NCBI GenBank assembly: GCA_964016885.1
Contig: OZ024743.1
Location: 17,360,001 to 17,424,000 of the forward strand
Direction: 5' to 3'
DNA length: 64,000 nucleotides
Source: Eledone cirrhosa
Lineage: Eukaryota
Shown here: positions 25,787-41,632 of the stretch, piece after piece
How positions within the stretch are numbered: position 1 is the first letter of the stretch
Layout: each line of letters begins with the position of its first letter
Position numbers and translations under genes: made by a program
Notes under the pieces: generated by a model
Told to the model about the DNA's origin: nothing
The model's input: only the letters and a program-made list of their open reading frames with translations
Database searches by the model: none

Positions 25787-25905
25787 GTTTACAATTGTTT
25801 CGCTACTCCATATAATATGTTTGGATCAAATGACTATATATCATTATTGATCCGGTTCAGTTGAAGATAATTAACATATTTAAAAACAGAGCGGCTCATC
25901 GGAAC
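25787..25905 (-). ncRNA. PLE-3 pLTR hammerhead, U4C core, copy 2
   Basis: Same fold as 22489-22607. Confidence 0.65.
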
Positions 25906-26800
25906 TTCAAAGGAATATAAATTAAGCTAAGGAGAGAATGTTACATAATGTAATGTTCTATATATTGGTATTTCACTATGCTGTCCTGGGTGTATCAATT
26001 GTCAGCCATAATCAAGCAGTATTCATCTGTCGAGACTGCATTGTGGGAGATCTGCCTATGAGTAACAAAATGGCCGCCAATGGACATATTTACCTTACTA
26101 ATTAGAAGGTGGTTTCAGCGGAAGTACCTCCTCGAGAGATTAGAAATTATGTGTAGTTTACAGTTAAGTGCTAATTTTTTAATTTTTTAATTGAGAGACA
26201 ATGTAGGTGAGGTAACTTATAATTATCTAAGTTAGTTATAGCTATATCACTTATTAGCTACAAGTAAAAATGGGGTTAGATGATTATGTTGGGTAAAATA
26301 TTTTGTTGGCGAATGAATTAGCCCTTCGATGTTGACAGCTAATAGTTACCTCCGTTCTATCGTAAATCTGTAGATGTCGTGATAGAGTGATGTAATATGC
26401 TTCGGTAATACAGAGATCACAAGATTTTCTACGTCCATTTACTTGTAGCTAATAAGTTAAATAGCTATAACTAAGTTAGATAATTATAAGTTACCTCCCT
26501 TACATTGACTCTCAATTAAAAATAAAAAAAATAGCACTTATCTATAAACTACTCATAATTTCTAATCTCTCGATAAAGGTACTTCCCCTGAAACCACCCT
26601 TTAATTAGTAAGATAAATATGTCCATTGGCGGCCATTTTGTTACCCATAGGCAGATCTCCCACAATGCAGCCTCGACAGAAAAATACTGCTTGATTATGG
26701 CTGACAATTGATACACCCAGGACACCATAGTGAAATACCAATATATGGAACATTACATTATGTAACATTCTCTCCTTATCTTAATTTATATTCCTTTGAA

Positions 26801-26919
26801 GTTCCGATGAGCCGCTCTGTTTTTAAATATGTTAATTATTTTCAACTGAACCAGATCAATAATGATATATAGTCATTTGATCCCTAAATATTATATGGAG
26901 TATCGAAACAATTGTAAAC
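26801..26919 (+). ncRNA. PLE-3 pLTR hammerhead, U4C core, inverted copy
   Basis: gtt-CCGATGA-gccgctc..gagtatc-GAAA-caatt-GTA-aac. Confidence 0.6.
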
Positions 26920-27045
26920 AGACATTATTATTATTAATATTATAATTGTTATTCTCTACATTCCTTATATCAACTAAAATATGTTGACAATCTTTTAATA
27001 ATGTCTTCCTTGTGAAATGTCTGGTCTTGTTTTGCTTAACTAATA

Positions 27046-28029
<984 letters not shown>

Positions 28030-28030
28030 T

Positions 28031-28114
<84 letters not shown>

Positions 28115-28115
<1 letters not shown>

Positions 28116-28560
28116 TGTTCTCAACCATTTTGAATTCGTGATTGGCGGGGGCCACGTCAGCAAATAATATGTCCTAGTGAGTTTACCCCCTGAAGAGCTC
28201 TACAACTCGTGTATGAACCTTAAATATGGTATCTCAAAAGTGAGTGAAACCAAAGGGGGGTCGGAATTTAGTGATTTAGTCCTGGTATGTATATAAGCAT
28301 TTCTAACATTAATTTTTACCTAATTATGTATGGTTGACCGTGTATTTAATTAATTTCAACGTGCTGTTGAAATGTTGGGTAAACATTCTATGGCAGCTGC
28401 ACGCGAAGCGCCACGATAGCGTATGTATTTACTGTTTCTTCGTAGATGCCTTTTATTCTCATAGCCTGGTCTAATTGATTTTTGTGTGGTTAAATATGCT
28501 GATTGGGTGTACAGATGATGTATATATTATCAAATAATTCTCTGGACATGCTTTCTATAT
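28115..28560 (+). mobile_element. Diverged family-A relative with degenerate HHR (28184-28265)
   Basis: 28440-28560 resembles 7170-7285; cccc-CTGAAGA-gctc..gagt-GAAA-cc..gg-TC-gg. Confidence 0.55.
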
Positions 28561-28561
28561 A

Positions 28562-28604
<43 letters not shown>

Positions 28605-28654
28605 TCCTAACTCGTGTTCTTCTTCTCCACATTTTATTATTATATACACACACT

Positions 28655-28777
<123 letters not shown>

Positions 28778-31057
28778 TGTCTCTGTGTGTTTATATATAG
28801 TGGCAATATATGTAAAAAAGTCTTCGATTGACTAAACCGCAATCATCAAAACACTCATGAAATACAATCTGACTACATTAAACGCCTATATATTTTCTCC
28901 GACTTTATCTTTGTTTTCTGATGACACTTATATTCGGTAAAATAAACCACGACCCAAATAAACTACTAATATAGAAGGGTCAAGCATGATATTGCAACAT
29001 AAAATGAACAAATATGTTTGTAATTGACTGCATTAAATATCGAATTTCAAAATGGTTTGTATTTTCTAGTATATCAGTGCTTCTAAAACAATGTTTGTTT
29101 TAGAACTCTATTCAAATTGATTATTCAAGATGCTTATTTGGCGTAAAGAGATTTATAAGATAAAAATACTTGTTTACAGTCAAATTCAACAAGACTTAAC
29201 AGCTGAAGCAAGCAATGGTGTCAACGATTATTTGCTTGACTATCCCTCACAAAAATGCCTTCACCCGTAGAATCAGTCGCATGAATGGTCTGCCGCAGGG
29301 TAGAGTAAAGTCTGAAGAGGAAAGAGGTACTTGGTAGTAATAACAACATCTGAGAAGCTTTATAAACCCTTGATGTTCTAAGAAAAGGAAATAATTCTTA
29401 AAGAACAATATATGTTGAAATATGGGAAATTAAATAAATACATGTCTAAATGTCTGTACTAAAGAAAACGAGTTTCAGAATATTATATTCGTGGGTCTAT
29501 CAGAATAACCAATGTTTCAAATTCATTTTCAAGATTTCTATTCAAATTCCTTGTCCACACAGATTGTCTAGCGAAAATACAATTCTAAGAATGATGAAAT
29601 ACTTAAAAAATCATAAATATTAACATTCTGCGGGTGAATCTATGATGTCCCGATAATTGTCAAGCCTGTCTACTACAAGTAATCCGTCTTTTTGAAATAC
29701 GTGTATGTAGGAATTAACGTATGGTAGGAGTAAATATATCTGAAGTGTATCTTGTACCAATATTGATAGTAGTTTATGCTATTCAACGCAACTTCCTTTG
29801 CTGCCCCGTTACCATTATATACTATTTTAACATCTATTTGGTAACAATATTCTTTTCATAATTGTATAATACTTGTTCAATCGTATGTCCAGATAAAACA
29901 TATTTTGCGCAGGAACAGCAAGATACCAGAAAGCGAAAGACTTGGCTGTAGGCGGCAGTAAAGAGGGTAAAACATTAAAAGTCATAGGCGCGTTGTTATC
30001 AACATGATATAGTTGTTCAAATTTCAACAAACCACTCAAAATTCTCACAAGAATATACCATCCGTAAATCAAAATTGGCGTCTTGAATATATCGTGTAAC
30101 ATGAGCAACAAGACATGGACAGAATAACTTCACTAAACAACTTGAGTATCACTATCTACTTTATTGCACCCTTCTGGAATTCCCACATCTACAGATTTGA
30201 ACAAAGACCAGTACGTAACCGTGATAAGAGGTTTAGCAAACTTCATTGCCGACATAGTTGGGGATCTATCAATATGTAGGTCCGATCAAACACAAAATAT
30301 ACTTCATGGGATACATATTTCAGTGAATGTGCCGGCACGAGTATTGACTTGGAAATATAGAACAATAAATATTAAAACATGGGAAAGGTCATCGTTATTT
30401 AACATCCGTCCTATGTGCTACATCTTTGAAACGCACCTTCCGTGACGGGTTCACTCCATTATACAATGGGATTGCATCATACGTAAACTTTAAAAGCTAA
30501 TTGTAATCGATTTGCGATAAATATCCCCTCACATATGCTCCTTATATTTTATCAAAATTGTAATTGTTGGAAGTAGCTATTACACGTTTAAATACTCGAT
30601 TTATATCCCATTTTAATTCGTTTCAACCACAAAATATCTGTGCAATTCTGAAGTTCCATATCATACATAATAAGATGCCGTCAAACATATTGAAATTAAA
30701 TAGATAGGAGAAACCGATAAAGAAAGAATTCGGAATTATTTATAATATTCGCTATTTGATGCATCATTTTATGATAATAATAACATATATGTTGATAAAA
30801 TGAACACTGACTTATTTGGAACAATTTGATATCAGTCAGTTACAGATGTCATGATAGTTTCCTTTATTGTCAAAAGGGTCACTAGTAATATAAATTATAC
30901 TGTATTTTACAATGAGGAATAAAATGGTAGCACAGCTATTAATGATAATAATAAGTGAGATCACATTATATTTGAGGGATCAGCAATGTGCTACATTTTG
31001 TTTCATCAGCAACAATTTTGAGTTGATAATTGTGTAAATATTACTTTCAATCAATTA

Positions 31058-31245
31058 ATTGTTTCTACTTTAGGCACAAGGCCAGCAATTACCCAGTTCA
31101 TTAATGGTACTTTATTTTATCGAACCGGTAAGGATGAAAGGCAAAGTCAACCTCGGCGGGATTTGAACTCAGATCGTAAAGGGACGTAACTATGTTGGAA
31201 AGCATGGCGTCCGACCCTCTACCGATACTGCCAATCCACCAATCA
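31058..31245 (-). mobile_element. SINE copy
   Basis: Reverse complement of 11562-11757; AATCAATTAAT on both flanks. Confidence 0.88.
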
Positions 31246-33074
31246 ATTAATGAGGGGTAAAATACATTATTGTTATACAATATTAATTTCATGGCCATAT
31301 TCATAATATAGCAAAGGACATAGTAATTAGCAAATTATATCAATCAATTAGATAGAAGTAACCTTCGGCGAATCAGTGAGAGTTTATGGTTAACTTATTA
31401 CTAACATTATAACTGTTAGACTGTTAAAGATGGTTCGATGAAAATTATATATACATTGGAAAATTATGGTTTTTAAAGCGTGATAAACGCTATATGATTA
31501 AGTGGCTGATATGTCACCAAACAATTGACTGATATTGATGTAATTATAAAATTGTAGATAATTCATTTCAGATTGTTATGACTACTATTTTTTTCAAAAT
31601 ACATTGCCACTCTTTTGATGTTCTGTGCTAAACCCCATAATTTATATCCTCATCAAACGTAACGTGTTCCTATGTGTGTTGTAATTTGTTTCCTTTATAA
31701 AAGTAAACAATGAGTACATATGTGGAATTATTATATTAGGCCAAATTATTGATAGATGATCTACACATTATATTATATAACGAGATCATAATATGTCGAT
31801 TTAATATTTCGGGGAATTTCGGGGAATTTTCTAATAAATCCATTGAGATTTCCACACACAACATTTAGTGTTTGGATAACTATATTTATAATGACGTCGG
31901 AAATATGTCAAATAGGATTTGCATAATTCAGAAACTTGGTTATATTAAATTATATGTACATAACTTTTTCATAAGATTTCCTTTTAAGTAAATATTTGTT
32001 AATGTATTATATGTGAGGAAATACATATTATCTAAAAAGCCCTTTATTAACGAATGGATTTCCTCTACAAGTAAAATTTTAAATGTTTGATGTCAGATTA
32101 ATCAAAGTTTTAAATTTTACATTTAAGTTTCATTTATTTTTTTTTTTTTCGTAATTTGATTAGTAATATACATATATATGTGTGCATGTGTGAGTGTGTC
32201 TGTGAGTGTATGTCTGTGTCTGTGTATATGTGTGTGTGTGCGTATGTGCGTGTGTCTGTGTGTATGTGTGTGTGCGTGTGTGCGTGTTTGGTGTGCATCT
32301 GTGCGCAGGTATGTGCGTATGTGAATGTATGTATATATAAATATATGGGATTTAGCAACGGTCTTATACAGCGTAATTGATACATGAGTTGGATTGTATA
32401 TTGAGTGATATACGAAATATGCTTCTAAATAAACATTTTCAAAGCTTTGCTATGAATTTTGAAACCGGTTAACTTTCACAAAAGAGAATAACCTGGTTCC
32501 TTAAGCCTGGTTAGTTAACCGCCTAAGAGGCCTTAACTGTGCCTGGATGACATGACGTAATTTAGCCAAATCCTATAGTAATTATCTTTATGTATTAGAA
32601 TCCGAAAGGTTTTGCTCTGTATAAACATGAGCTTCATTAATCGATGTCCATACGCAAAAATATTATAAGATTCTGGTTTCTTATTCTCTTAGCATCCAAG
32701 CGTAGTTAAAACTTCTGAAGAGGTTTTTTGTTAAATATTTGTCCCCTTCTGTGAATGAAGCCGATGACTCAACTCTGTTGCTCGCAGTGGTCACAGTTTG
32801 ACCGATTAGGCCAAAGATACCTCTTATGTAATATTTTAATTTCAAAATGTTCTCTTACCTTGCATCTGTACCCTTGAATGTATTGCTGTTGTTTTATTCA
32901 TAATGATGCCATTTGTAAGATCGTAGCTGTCCGCTTCAGTTTAAATCTGGTTGTTGTAGTGGTGGTGGTAATGAAGTGGGAGCGGGTTAGCGGTTATAGG
33001 GATAGTGATAGTGCTGGCGGTACAGTTCATGGTACATTTGTGGGATTTTGTTATGGTGTTGTTCATTATATTTT

Positions 33075-33876
33075 AACTAGCTGCAGTACCCAACGTTGCC
33101 TGGGTAGTTAAAATAATATCTGCTTTGATGAAAAGGTGTTGATCTTAGCGACAGCTTTTCGATGACTCATCTATGGCCACACACAGGCCATGCAGGGGAT
33201 GGTAGTGATGACCTATATCACTGAGAAACGCGGGTATCTGACGCAGGGGCATGCTGGGTGAGGAAGATTCGAATTTGAACGAAATTGGTTGAAAAATGTG
33301 GGAGCTAGTGCCTAAAAGGCGGACATTTGAGCGAAAAAGTGGTATTTTCGAATATTTAAGCGGCTTCCACGCCGTTTCTGAACAAAATATAAAGCCACTT
33401 TAAGACGTGAAATAATCAGATCTAGCGTAGTGTAAAACTTTAACAAAGTAAGTTGATTAATGTGGGAGCTAGAGCCGAAAAAGTGGAAATTTGAGTCTAA
33501 AAGTGGTATTTTTGAATATTTAACAAAAAATCCGAAATATAAATCCATTACAGGATGTACAATGATTAATTATATTTTGCTTTAAAATCTGAACGAAATG
33601 GGTGACAAAATGTGGGAGATAGACCCAAAAATCATACCTTCGATACCTAAAAAAAGGTGACCACGCCAATCGATTTTTATCTGCAGAATGACATCGGAAT
33701 ACAGGAACGATACGCTGATATATAGAAAACACTCCCCGATGACTAATCTATGAGCCTGTAAAGTTTCATGAAAATCGGTCGTAAGATATAGGCCCCTATA
33801 GGTAATACACAGAGACACAGACACACGGACACACACACACATACACGCACCTACTTAATTTTATATATATACAGAT
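33075..33876 (+). mobile_element. Non-autonomous Helitron/Helentron-like element
   Basis: Starts AACTAG..ACCCAACGTTGCCTGGGT hairpin; AAGTTTCATGAAAATCGG; ends (CA)n..TTTTATATATATACAGAT in T-rich site. Confidence 0.55.
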
Positions 33877-34599
33877 TTCTTCTGAGGGTGACGGGGAAGT
33901 TAACGTTTTTAATCGCGGAAAATGTATATCATGTACTTACGGTCTAATATTAATGTTGTTTTTGCTATTGTGACCGTTGTTGGTTTTATTCTTTATGTTA
34001 TTGTCCTTGCTGGTGGTGGCGGCCTTATTCATTGGGTCTGTTGTTTTTGTGGTGGTGACAGTGGCGCTTTTTCTAGCTCTTTCGACATTTGCTAAAATGA
34101 CGAATTCTAGTTGGCAGGTGCGAAATAGGCTTGTTCGATTTATGTGAGTATGGATGAGGTATCAACTTGTGTTTTCTATAATAATTTAATGGTTGTAAGG
34201 TTTTAAAGTTCATAGTATTTGGGCCTTTTTAGGGGTATTGTATGGTGCCCTATTTACAAATGAAAAATATAACAAGGTAATTTATGCTAGCAAGCGAAAA
34301 TCGACGAGATGTACAGAAAAAGTGTATGAGTGGTGAATACTTGAGTAACCAATAGTAATAATACTAATTACAATAATAATTATAATAATTTTATTTATTT
34401 GCCAAAGTGTCCTGATCATAAGGAACAAAATGTTAATAAAAGCAACACAATGCAAACTATTGTTTACTTCATTGTTATGTAGCCTTTATACAATGCTGAT
34501 AAAGCAGGCCTATGAAATATTGACATATGTTGGAATACCCTGCGCGACAAGTTGAATTAAATAATTTTCATGGATCCGAGTACCTAGTGTTAATACTAT

Positions 34600-34790
34600 A
34601 ATTTTTTCTACTTTTGGCACAAGGCCAGCGATTACCCTAGTGCATCACTGGTACTTTATTTTATCGAGCCCGTAATGATGAAATGCAAAGTTAACCTCAG
34701 CGGATTTGAATCAGAACACAACGGGCCATAGCTCGTGCTGCAAAGCATGGTGTCTGACGTTCTACCGATACTGCTAAACTACTGCACCCT
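34600..34790 (-). mobile_element. SINE copy (diverged)
   Basis: GGCACAAGGCCAGC..GGTACTTTATTTTATCGA core. Confidence 0.8.
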
Positions 34791-36928
34791 ACATTTAGTA
34801 GCAAATTGGGCACGTATCTTGTCATTTTACGGTCAAACTAGTCAATATACTACATCAAAATCATTGTTGTTCTACTAATGACAAGTGAAACTAATAGAAA
34901 TAACTATACTAACGAGTGTAAGAAATGTACATAAAAATAGAAAAAATAAAGAGAACAATAATATATGTCAAGAAGAACATGTTACACACTAGCGAAGCCT
35001 GCACTTTAGGATAAACTCAGGGAGATAATACAAAGACCCGGATTATTTTATGATTTCACGTGCAGTAAAATACCCTGTTCCGAATTCTTTACCCCTACAT
35101 AGGTATAGACAGATTAGGAACCTTCAACCTCACTAATCTAGCGGCTGTCATCCATATTTCATGAGGGAAATTAGAAGGCAGCGCCTCACTGTCAACCCTC
35201 AACTTCACATCAGATTGTACTTTTGGAAAATTGAGAGCTTTGCCCGAGAGGAACGTTCCTTTCCTCAATACCTTTTAGACTAGACGCAACCATAGAATAT
35301 TATTCACCATAGCTACCAGACCACGAAAACATTTACCGTGTTACTCTTAAAAAAAACAAAACATTAATAATAAAAATAGTGTTTAAACTTCCATTAAAGA
35401 TCGTGCTCATAGCGGGATATGTCCTCCACTCGATAAACCTTATTCACCAGAAGCCAAATATTCTGCATTGCAAATAAATGCACTGTGCAATATGAAGGAT
35501 GGTTTGGTTAACCTCTGTGCATCAATAACGGGTCTGGCTTTATTAATATGTTACTGCAGCTGGCTATTTCCATCGTCGTAAGCTAAGGTAAACAAAAATT
35601 ACTGCTGGTTGTCTGTTGAAATATATTTCATTTTATTCAGTGCGTGTAATAATTTAAGAACTGAAAAATATAATTATCAATATAGGAATTGTAATAAATG
35701 TTAAGTGAATTGAAGCAGCAGATGGAAGTTCGGAATAAGTGTGTTTCCTTATTAGGTATTAGTTTTCAATGGTTTCAATTTTTGATCAAGTTGATATTCC
35801 CTTCAGCCCTGGATATAATCCTAATTGTAGCATTTGACTCTATTGAAGATATCATTTCTCCACACATCTGTAGCTGTGTGGTCTATTTAGATATTTATAT
35901 TCCAGTAGCTTTCTCTTTTTTTTTTTGGCTGTTGTAAATTCCTATTTGCGTTTATTTTTTATCTTTACTTCATACATGAATAGCTCTATTCATTCAATTG
36001 GCATTGATATAGCTTTTACCTAAACTGAATCTCTTCCTCTCAATTGCCTCTTCCTTATTTAGAATCAAACGCTAATTCACTGATTATAGATACTGAAATT
36101 ATTTGGTAAAAGAAGAACGTACGTTCTACTACATTTTATCAAAAGTAAATTAATTTGTTAATTTCCCTTTGTTTACAAGTAAGTCAATATAACTATATAA
36201 ATAACACATTATAATACGTTTACGTAAATGGAAAAGTTGGTAGAAACGTCAATTGCAATCAGAGTGGGGTAAATATTTTTCCTCTCGTCATCAGTAGGAG
36301 GAACATTTAGGTTGATAAAGCACATTCACTGGTATTATCATACATGTCGGGATTCTTAAACTAGACCAGTAAATGAACCTATTGTATTTTAACATGGTCA
36401 CCAGTTGCGGGCATCCGTGTAAAATATTGAACCTAAATTGTCAGGCAAAAATATTTCAATATTCCATATTATATCAATATTCCATAATATATCAATATTC
36501 CATAGGTCTCCTTAATCAGAGCTGATTCAGCCCTACATAACAGAAACACCGGGCTAACCTAATATGAAATTACATAAAATTGTATTTCAGTATATGATGA
36601 GTGATTTATGTATATCACCGCTTAAGATTGTGGGTTCATAGAGTTTACCAAGAATGGAAATTCTTTCGAAATTTATCCACAAAGTATGTGCTGGTAGAGT
36701 ATACCCATCAACATTTTCCAACTCTTGTTTGTGTATCTGTAGTTCTTTGGCGGTTTTACGGGAAATAGGATGTTTGGTCATTCGGAAACAATCATTGAAC
36801 ATATAATCTTGATTCTTTTAAAAAGTAATTTCACCATTAAACACGAAAGTTCATGAGGAATAAGTTTTAAATCGAAACTATTTATACTTCAATGAACTTA
36901 TCTTAGTCGCTATAGACTTAGCTCAGTT

Positions 36929-36980
<52 letters not shown>

Positions 36981-38009
36981 CGTATAATGTGATTGATATA
37001 TATTGATATATATATATAAACATATATATAACGTATAATATATATAACATATATATATATATAACGTATAATGTGATTGATATCGTTATATTATAGACAT
37101 AATTGAAGTGATCACTGTACCGCAAAACTTACAGAAATGCTGAATAACTATTTAGCGATGGGGTATAGTTTATTTTATTAAATTGTTGACACTACATATC
37201 TCCGCGTTCAACTTTTTAACATGACTAGAATATATAAAATGCACATTTCGAATTTCTTGAATATAATTAATGAGTAACTGTCAAGATAATAAACCAACCG
37301 AATAATGTGTAATTTAGCTGACCAATAAAGAAGCATATCACATCAAGGATATGGTATATTTAAATACATATTACCAGAAATATTATATATCTATTCAATT
37401 GATCCTCAATTAGCTTCAATGCCTGCTTCAATACCGGTTCTAAAGATTTAGCATGCCCAAATCACATGACCTCCAGAAAATACTTATTATACTGCTTGTA
37501 ATGTTGAACTTGGTAGACAATATGGGATTGGACCATATATAGTAATCCAAGCTATGTCCCATATATAGTAATCCAAGCTATTGAGGTTTGGTGGGCAAGG
37601 ATAGCATGTGTCTGGAAGAGCGCAGTCATGGCGGATGTTATACATACATGCTCGTGTTGTACTGATCTTATCGGAACGTTAGAGCTCAAGAATTGGGTGT
37701 TCTGAAAAACCTGACGTACTTTGTATATATATATATCAAAATAAAGATCCGAAGGCATGGTATGAATCCCAATAGTTTTAATTATTTTGATTCAAATACT
37801 CCGCTTTACATCATCTAGCTGTTCCCAAAATGGAATTGGAGATATACAAAAGCGATGTGAACTTAATATTGCTAACAACAATTTTATTGGACCGTTTGAC
37901 ACAACAATAATATACCTTACTATATATATATAAATATATATATATTATATATATATATTTGTTTGCTGGTGTGCGTGTCTGTGTGTGCATATGTGTGTGT
38001 GTATGGGTG

Positions 38010-38053
<44 letters not shown>

Positions 38054-38410
38054 GTATATATAGAAATACGCAACGGTTTTTCTATATGATTTATGATGAT
38101 TCATGAAGAAATTATATATCAAGTTGCATTCAAACTGAAATCTTGGTGCGAAAAGAATTTGTAGTGTTTGAAGATAAGTCTAAGATAACATTATATATAG
38201 ACGATGTATCTCCTTTCCTCAGGAGAGATACATTTTGTTTCCTGGCTTAAAGAAAATAATACCACTTTTGATTGCACAGGCATATTTAGCGGTGCATTTA
38301 CAGTCACCTGTCAAATTCGACGTCTTGCGATGAGACATGAAACCTTAATTAATGTAATTAATATACCGTATCAGTGAAAAACACGCAGACTCCAATTATA
38401 TATATATATT

Positions 38411-38462
38411 AATTTCAGAAGATCCCATTAAGGGTGAAAGCAGCGATTCCCTTGCTTAAACT
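38411..38462 (+). ncRNA. Hammerhead-like fold, family I (U4A), ~70-nt insertion in (TA)n
   Basis: ttt-CAGAAGA-tccc attaa gggt-GAAA-gca..tgc-TT-aaa. Confidence 0.55.
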
Positions 38463-38473
38463 TTAATCTGTTA

Positions 38474-38511
<38 letters not shown>

Positions 38512-38521
38512 AACCAGTAAG

Positions 38522-38615
38522 ACCCCGACAGCTGAGCTCAAGCCGTTTCGACGGCTAATTCTGGACTAAATGAAAATTTATCCTGGTATTTAAATAGCCG
38601 ATCTTCTCAAGGGGT
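38522..38615 (-). ncRNA. PLE-2 hammerhead, U3-A8 core, intact
   Basis: acccc-TTGAGAA-gatcggcta..tagccgtc-GAAA-cggct tgagctc agct-GTC-ggggt. Confidence 0.82.
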
Positions 38616-40052
38616 AATTCCATATATGGTCAAAGTGATTGTCAAAAATCAGTAGTAATTCTGTGGTTGCAAATTAGTAGGGGAGATGGTGGCTAAACCT
38701 GCCAGTAGGAGAAAGAGGGGAGGGGGTGGAGTAGACCCAATCAAGCGTTGGTAGTGCCAGCTACAGCTGGGCATGAGGTCAAAGAAGATACAGGGGAGGG
38801 GGAGGGGGAGGAAGTCGGAACGGTAGGTAGAACAATGGGGGGTAGAAATAGGAAAGAAAAAATACTGAGAGTGAAGAAAAGCAAATAAGTGTAAAGAAAA
38901 AGAAAAAGTAAAGTAAATTAAATTCAACGACCTAGGTGTCAGGCTATTGTTAGGCGAGAATAAAATAAAGAAAGAAAGAAAGAAGTAAATAAATAAATAA
39001 ATAAATAAATAAGGAAATAAGTAAGAGAACTAGGTGGGACGGGATAGGCAAGGACCCTTTTAAGAGGTATAAGTACGTAAATGATACGGTGACGGGTCAA
39101 CAAAAGGGGCCAAAATACTAAAGAGACTACCACGAAATAAACAATAAAGGTTTCCATCCCGGGCCAGCAACGACCCAGTGCAGCAAAGTGAACTTGTACG
39201 AGATAATAATTCTGAGTCCCGGGAAAAATATATACTAATGCTAACTCTAAAAGATCTAAAACAAGCTACATGAAAGTTCGTACGAAATAAAGGTAGAATA
39301 CGGAGAAATAAATTCAGAATCCACCCCGCCCAGAAGAAAAGCGAAGCAAGAAATACTGAAACGAAAAAATAAGGCATAAGTGCCACTAAGAAATATAGAG
39401 GGCACAGAGAATAGTGGGAGCGGTCGGAAAAAGGGGGAAAGTATCCGGGGTCTAAGCCAACTGCTATAAAGGGCGGAGTCCACCAAATCTATCAAAGACT
39501 AGGGGAGGGGGGGGGGTACTAAGGCTACATGGGGCCAAAGGGCAGCCTCGGGTGGGCGAGAAAAGACGCCGACAAAGGAGAAGAGCTGGGGTAGAAGGAC
39601 AAATGAGAGAGGGGGGAAGGAAATAAAGGAAGCGATAAAAGAATACAAAGAAGATCTTACGTCTTCCTTGGCAAGCAGGGGTTACCCATTGCAAAATCGG
39701 CAACTGGGGTGTTATAGCCCTAGTCTACCCCCCCGGGTCACTATGGGGCCCGAGGGCGAGGCAAGTCCCACGCAATCTATGTTCACATGCAGTAACCAGT
39801 TCATCTTTTTTCTTTCCTATTTCTACCCCCCATTGTTCTACCTACCGTTCCGACTTCCTCCCCCTCCCCCTCCCCTGTATCTTCTTTGACCTCATGCCCA
39901 GCTGTAGCTGGCACTACCAACGCTTGATTGGGTCTACTCCACCCCCTCCCCTCTTTCTCCTACTGGCAGGTTTAGCCACCATCTCCCCTACTAATTTGCA
40001 ACCACAGAATTACTACTGATTTTTGACAATCACTTCGACCATATATGGAATT

Positions 40053-40146
40053 ACCCCTTGAGAAGATCGGCTATTTAAATACCAGGATAAATTTTCATTT
40101 AGTCCAGAATTAGCCGTCGAAACGGCTTGAGCTCAGCTGTGGGGGT
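40053..40146 (+). ncRNA. PLE-2 hammerhead, C17G (GUG) predicted inactive
   Basis: Same fold; cleavage triplet GTG at 40139-40141. Confidence 0.75.
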
Positions 40147-40237
40147 CTTACTGGTTCCTATTACCCACTCTACTACCTCAAGTATTGAGTACTTTGGTGC
40201 GTTATGGTCCACCTGGTTCCTTACCACATTTCCTTCG

Positions 40238-40273
<36 letters not shown>

Positions 40274-40274
<1 letters not shown>

Positions 40275-41272
40275 TAAGTTTACCTGTATTAGACACAGAA
40301 CTCTGGATTAACACTATAGACGAGAGAGCCCAAATTCTCCACTCACACTATGCTAAACCCATGGCCTCCAAATACCTGATACTCAAAAACTCAGCAATGT
40401 CCAGTAGTGCTAAGTTTAATATTCTGATCGCAGATTTGGTGCGAGTGATGAAGAATGTGTCCAGCATGTGCGACCCAACAGAAATGGAAAGACACATCCA
40501 ACACTTCATCAACCGCATGCAGTTCTCTGGCTACAACCAAAGAGACAGAGTCAGAGTATACGAAGGAGCCATGGAAAAGTATAAGACCCTCATAGAACTG
40601 GACAGGAAAGGAATTTGCCCACTATACAGGAGCAAATCATGGAATAGCTTAGATAGGGCTAGACATAAGATAGGGAAGGCCACATCATGGTACGACAACC
40701 AGAGATATCAGAGTGTCATGTTTGTGGACGCCACCCCTGGAGGGAAATTAGCTAACCAGTGTAGAAAGGCCCTGAGAAAGACCCACTTAAAAATAAAGGT
40801 GGTAGAAAAGCCAGGAACCACCATAAAATCCATGATCAGCAAAACCTACCCTTTTAAGAAAACCCACTGTACCAATAGGAAATGTATTATATGTAAGGTG
40901 AACCCCCGGATAAACTGTAAAACTAGAAACGTAGTCTATAGCATAAGATGTACAGAGGGTACTTGCAGAAACATGACAACAACATACATAGGTGAGACAG
41001 CTCGTAGCATAGGTGAAAGGATAGACCAACCATGGGGAGAATTGAAAGGACAAAAAAACGGGTCAGTACTATACTAACATGCTAGACAACAACATGACGG
41101 TAACATAGACAACATAGAAATTAGAATAATATCTAAACATAGGAATGACCCAGCAGATAGCCAAATCAGAGAGGCCAGTGAAATAGAAATTAGAAGACCA
41201 AAGCTAAACAGAAAGAATGAGTGGAACAACAACAACACCCAAACAAACAACACTGACCTAAGAGAAGTATAA
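40274..41272 (+). pseudogene. PLE family H: 5'-truncated RT C-terminus, Cys linker and GIY-YIG EN (one stop at 41075-41077); 3' UTR to ~41797
   Basis: LPVLDTELW..HYAKPMAS..SGY; CTNRKCIIC..C; NVVYSIRC..YIGETARS..R..REA..LN; different clade from PLE-1/2/3. Confidence 0.88.
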
Positions 41273-41547
41273 ATAAGTAAATAAAATAAAATAAAATAAG
41301 ATAAATAAATACATACACAAGCACAATAACAACAAGCACATAAACACACACTAGTCACCCAGCAGACACAACACTATACACACTAGTCACACAGCACACA
41401 TAACACTATACACACACGCAAACGCATGCGCAAAGAAGACAAAATAAAATAAAATAAACAAACAAGCAAATAAATAAATAAATATATAGACAGACAGAAT
41501 AAAAAATGGCGTAGACATACAACACAACAGGAGGAACAAAGAATATA

Positions 41548-41632
41548 ACACCACTGACGATGTTGCAGATATGCAACGAAAGATTTATGTAAATTATGTA
41601 AACTATATATGTGTTTGTGTCTATATTGTATC
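41548..41632 (+). ncRNA. Candidate hammerhead in family H 3' UTR (also 17364-17440)
   Basis: CTGACGA-t-gttgca gata tgcaac-GAAA conserved in both copies; stems I and III unconvincing. Confidence 0.45.

Larger units (their letters stand above)
21978..27045 (-). mobile_element. PLE-3: full-length degenerate Penelope-like element with tandem pLTRs (21978-23140, 25478-26440) and inverted segment 26441-27045
   Basis: ORF remnants ISLKSIPIP..FIRRIRWKAF, LKDHKPNF, NIDSYY, IYRDDAL, VVNFL, CNCRYP, CDLCITE; direct and inverted repeats; (TA)n flanks. Confidence 0.9.
38509..40240. mobile_element. 5'-truncated PLE-2 family insertion: 38509-39790 (-) joined to inverted 39791-40240 (+)
   Basis: High identity to 53290-54580 and 53207-53640; (TA)n both sides. 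Confidence 0.92.

Noticed and set aside
29500-30500. Minus-strand DNA-transposase-like remnants (EVYFVFDR, DLRMVY)
   Set aside because: Only short motif hints with many stops; needs tBLASTn/HMM
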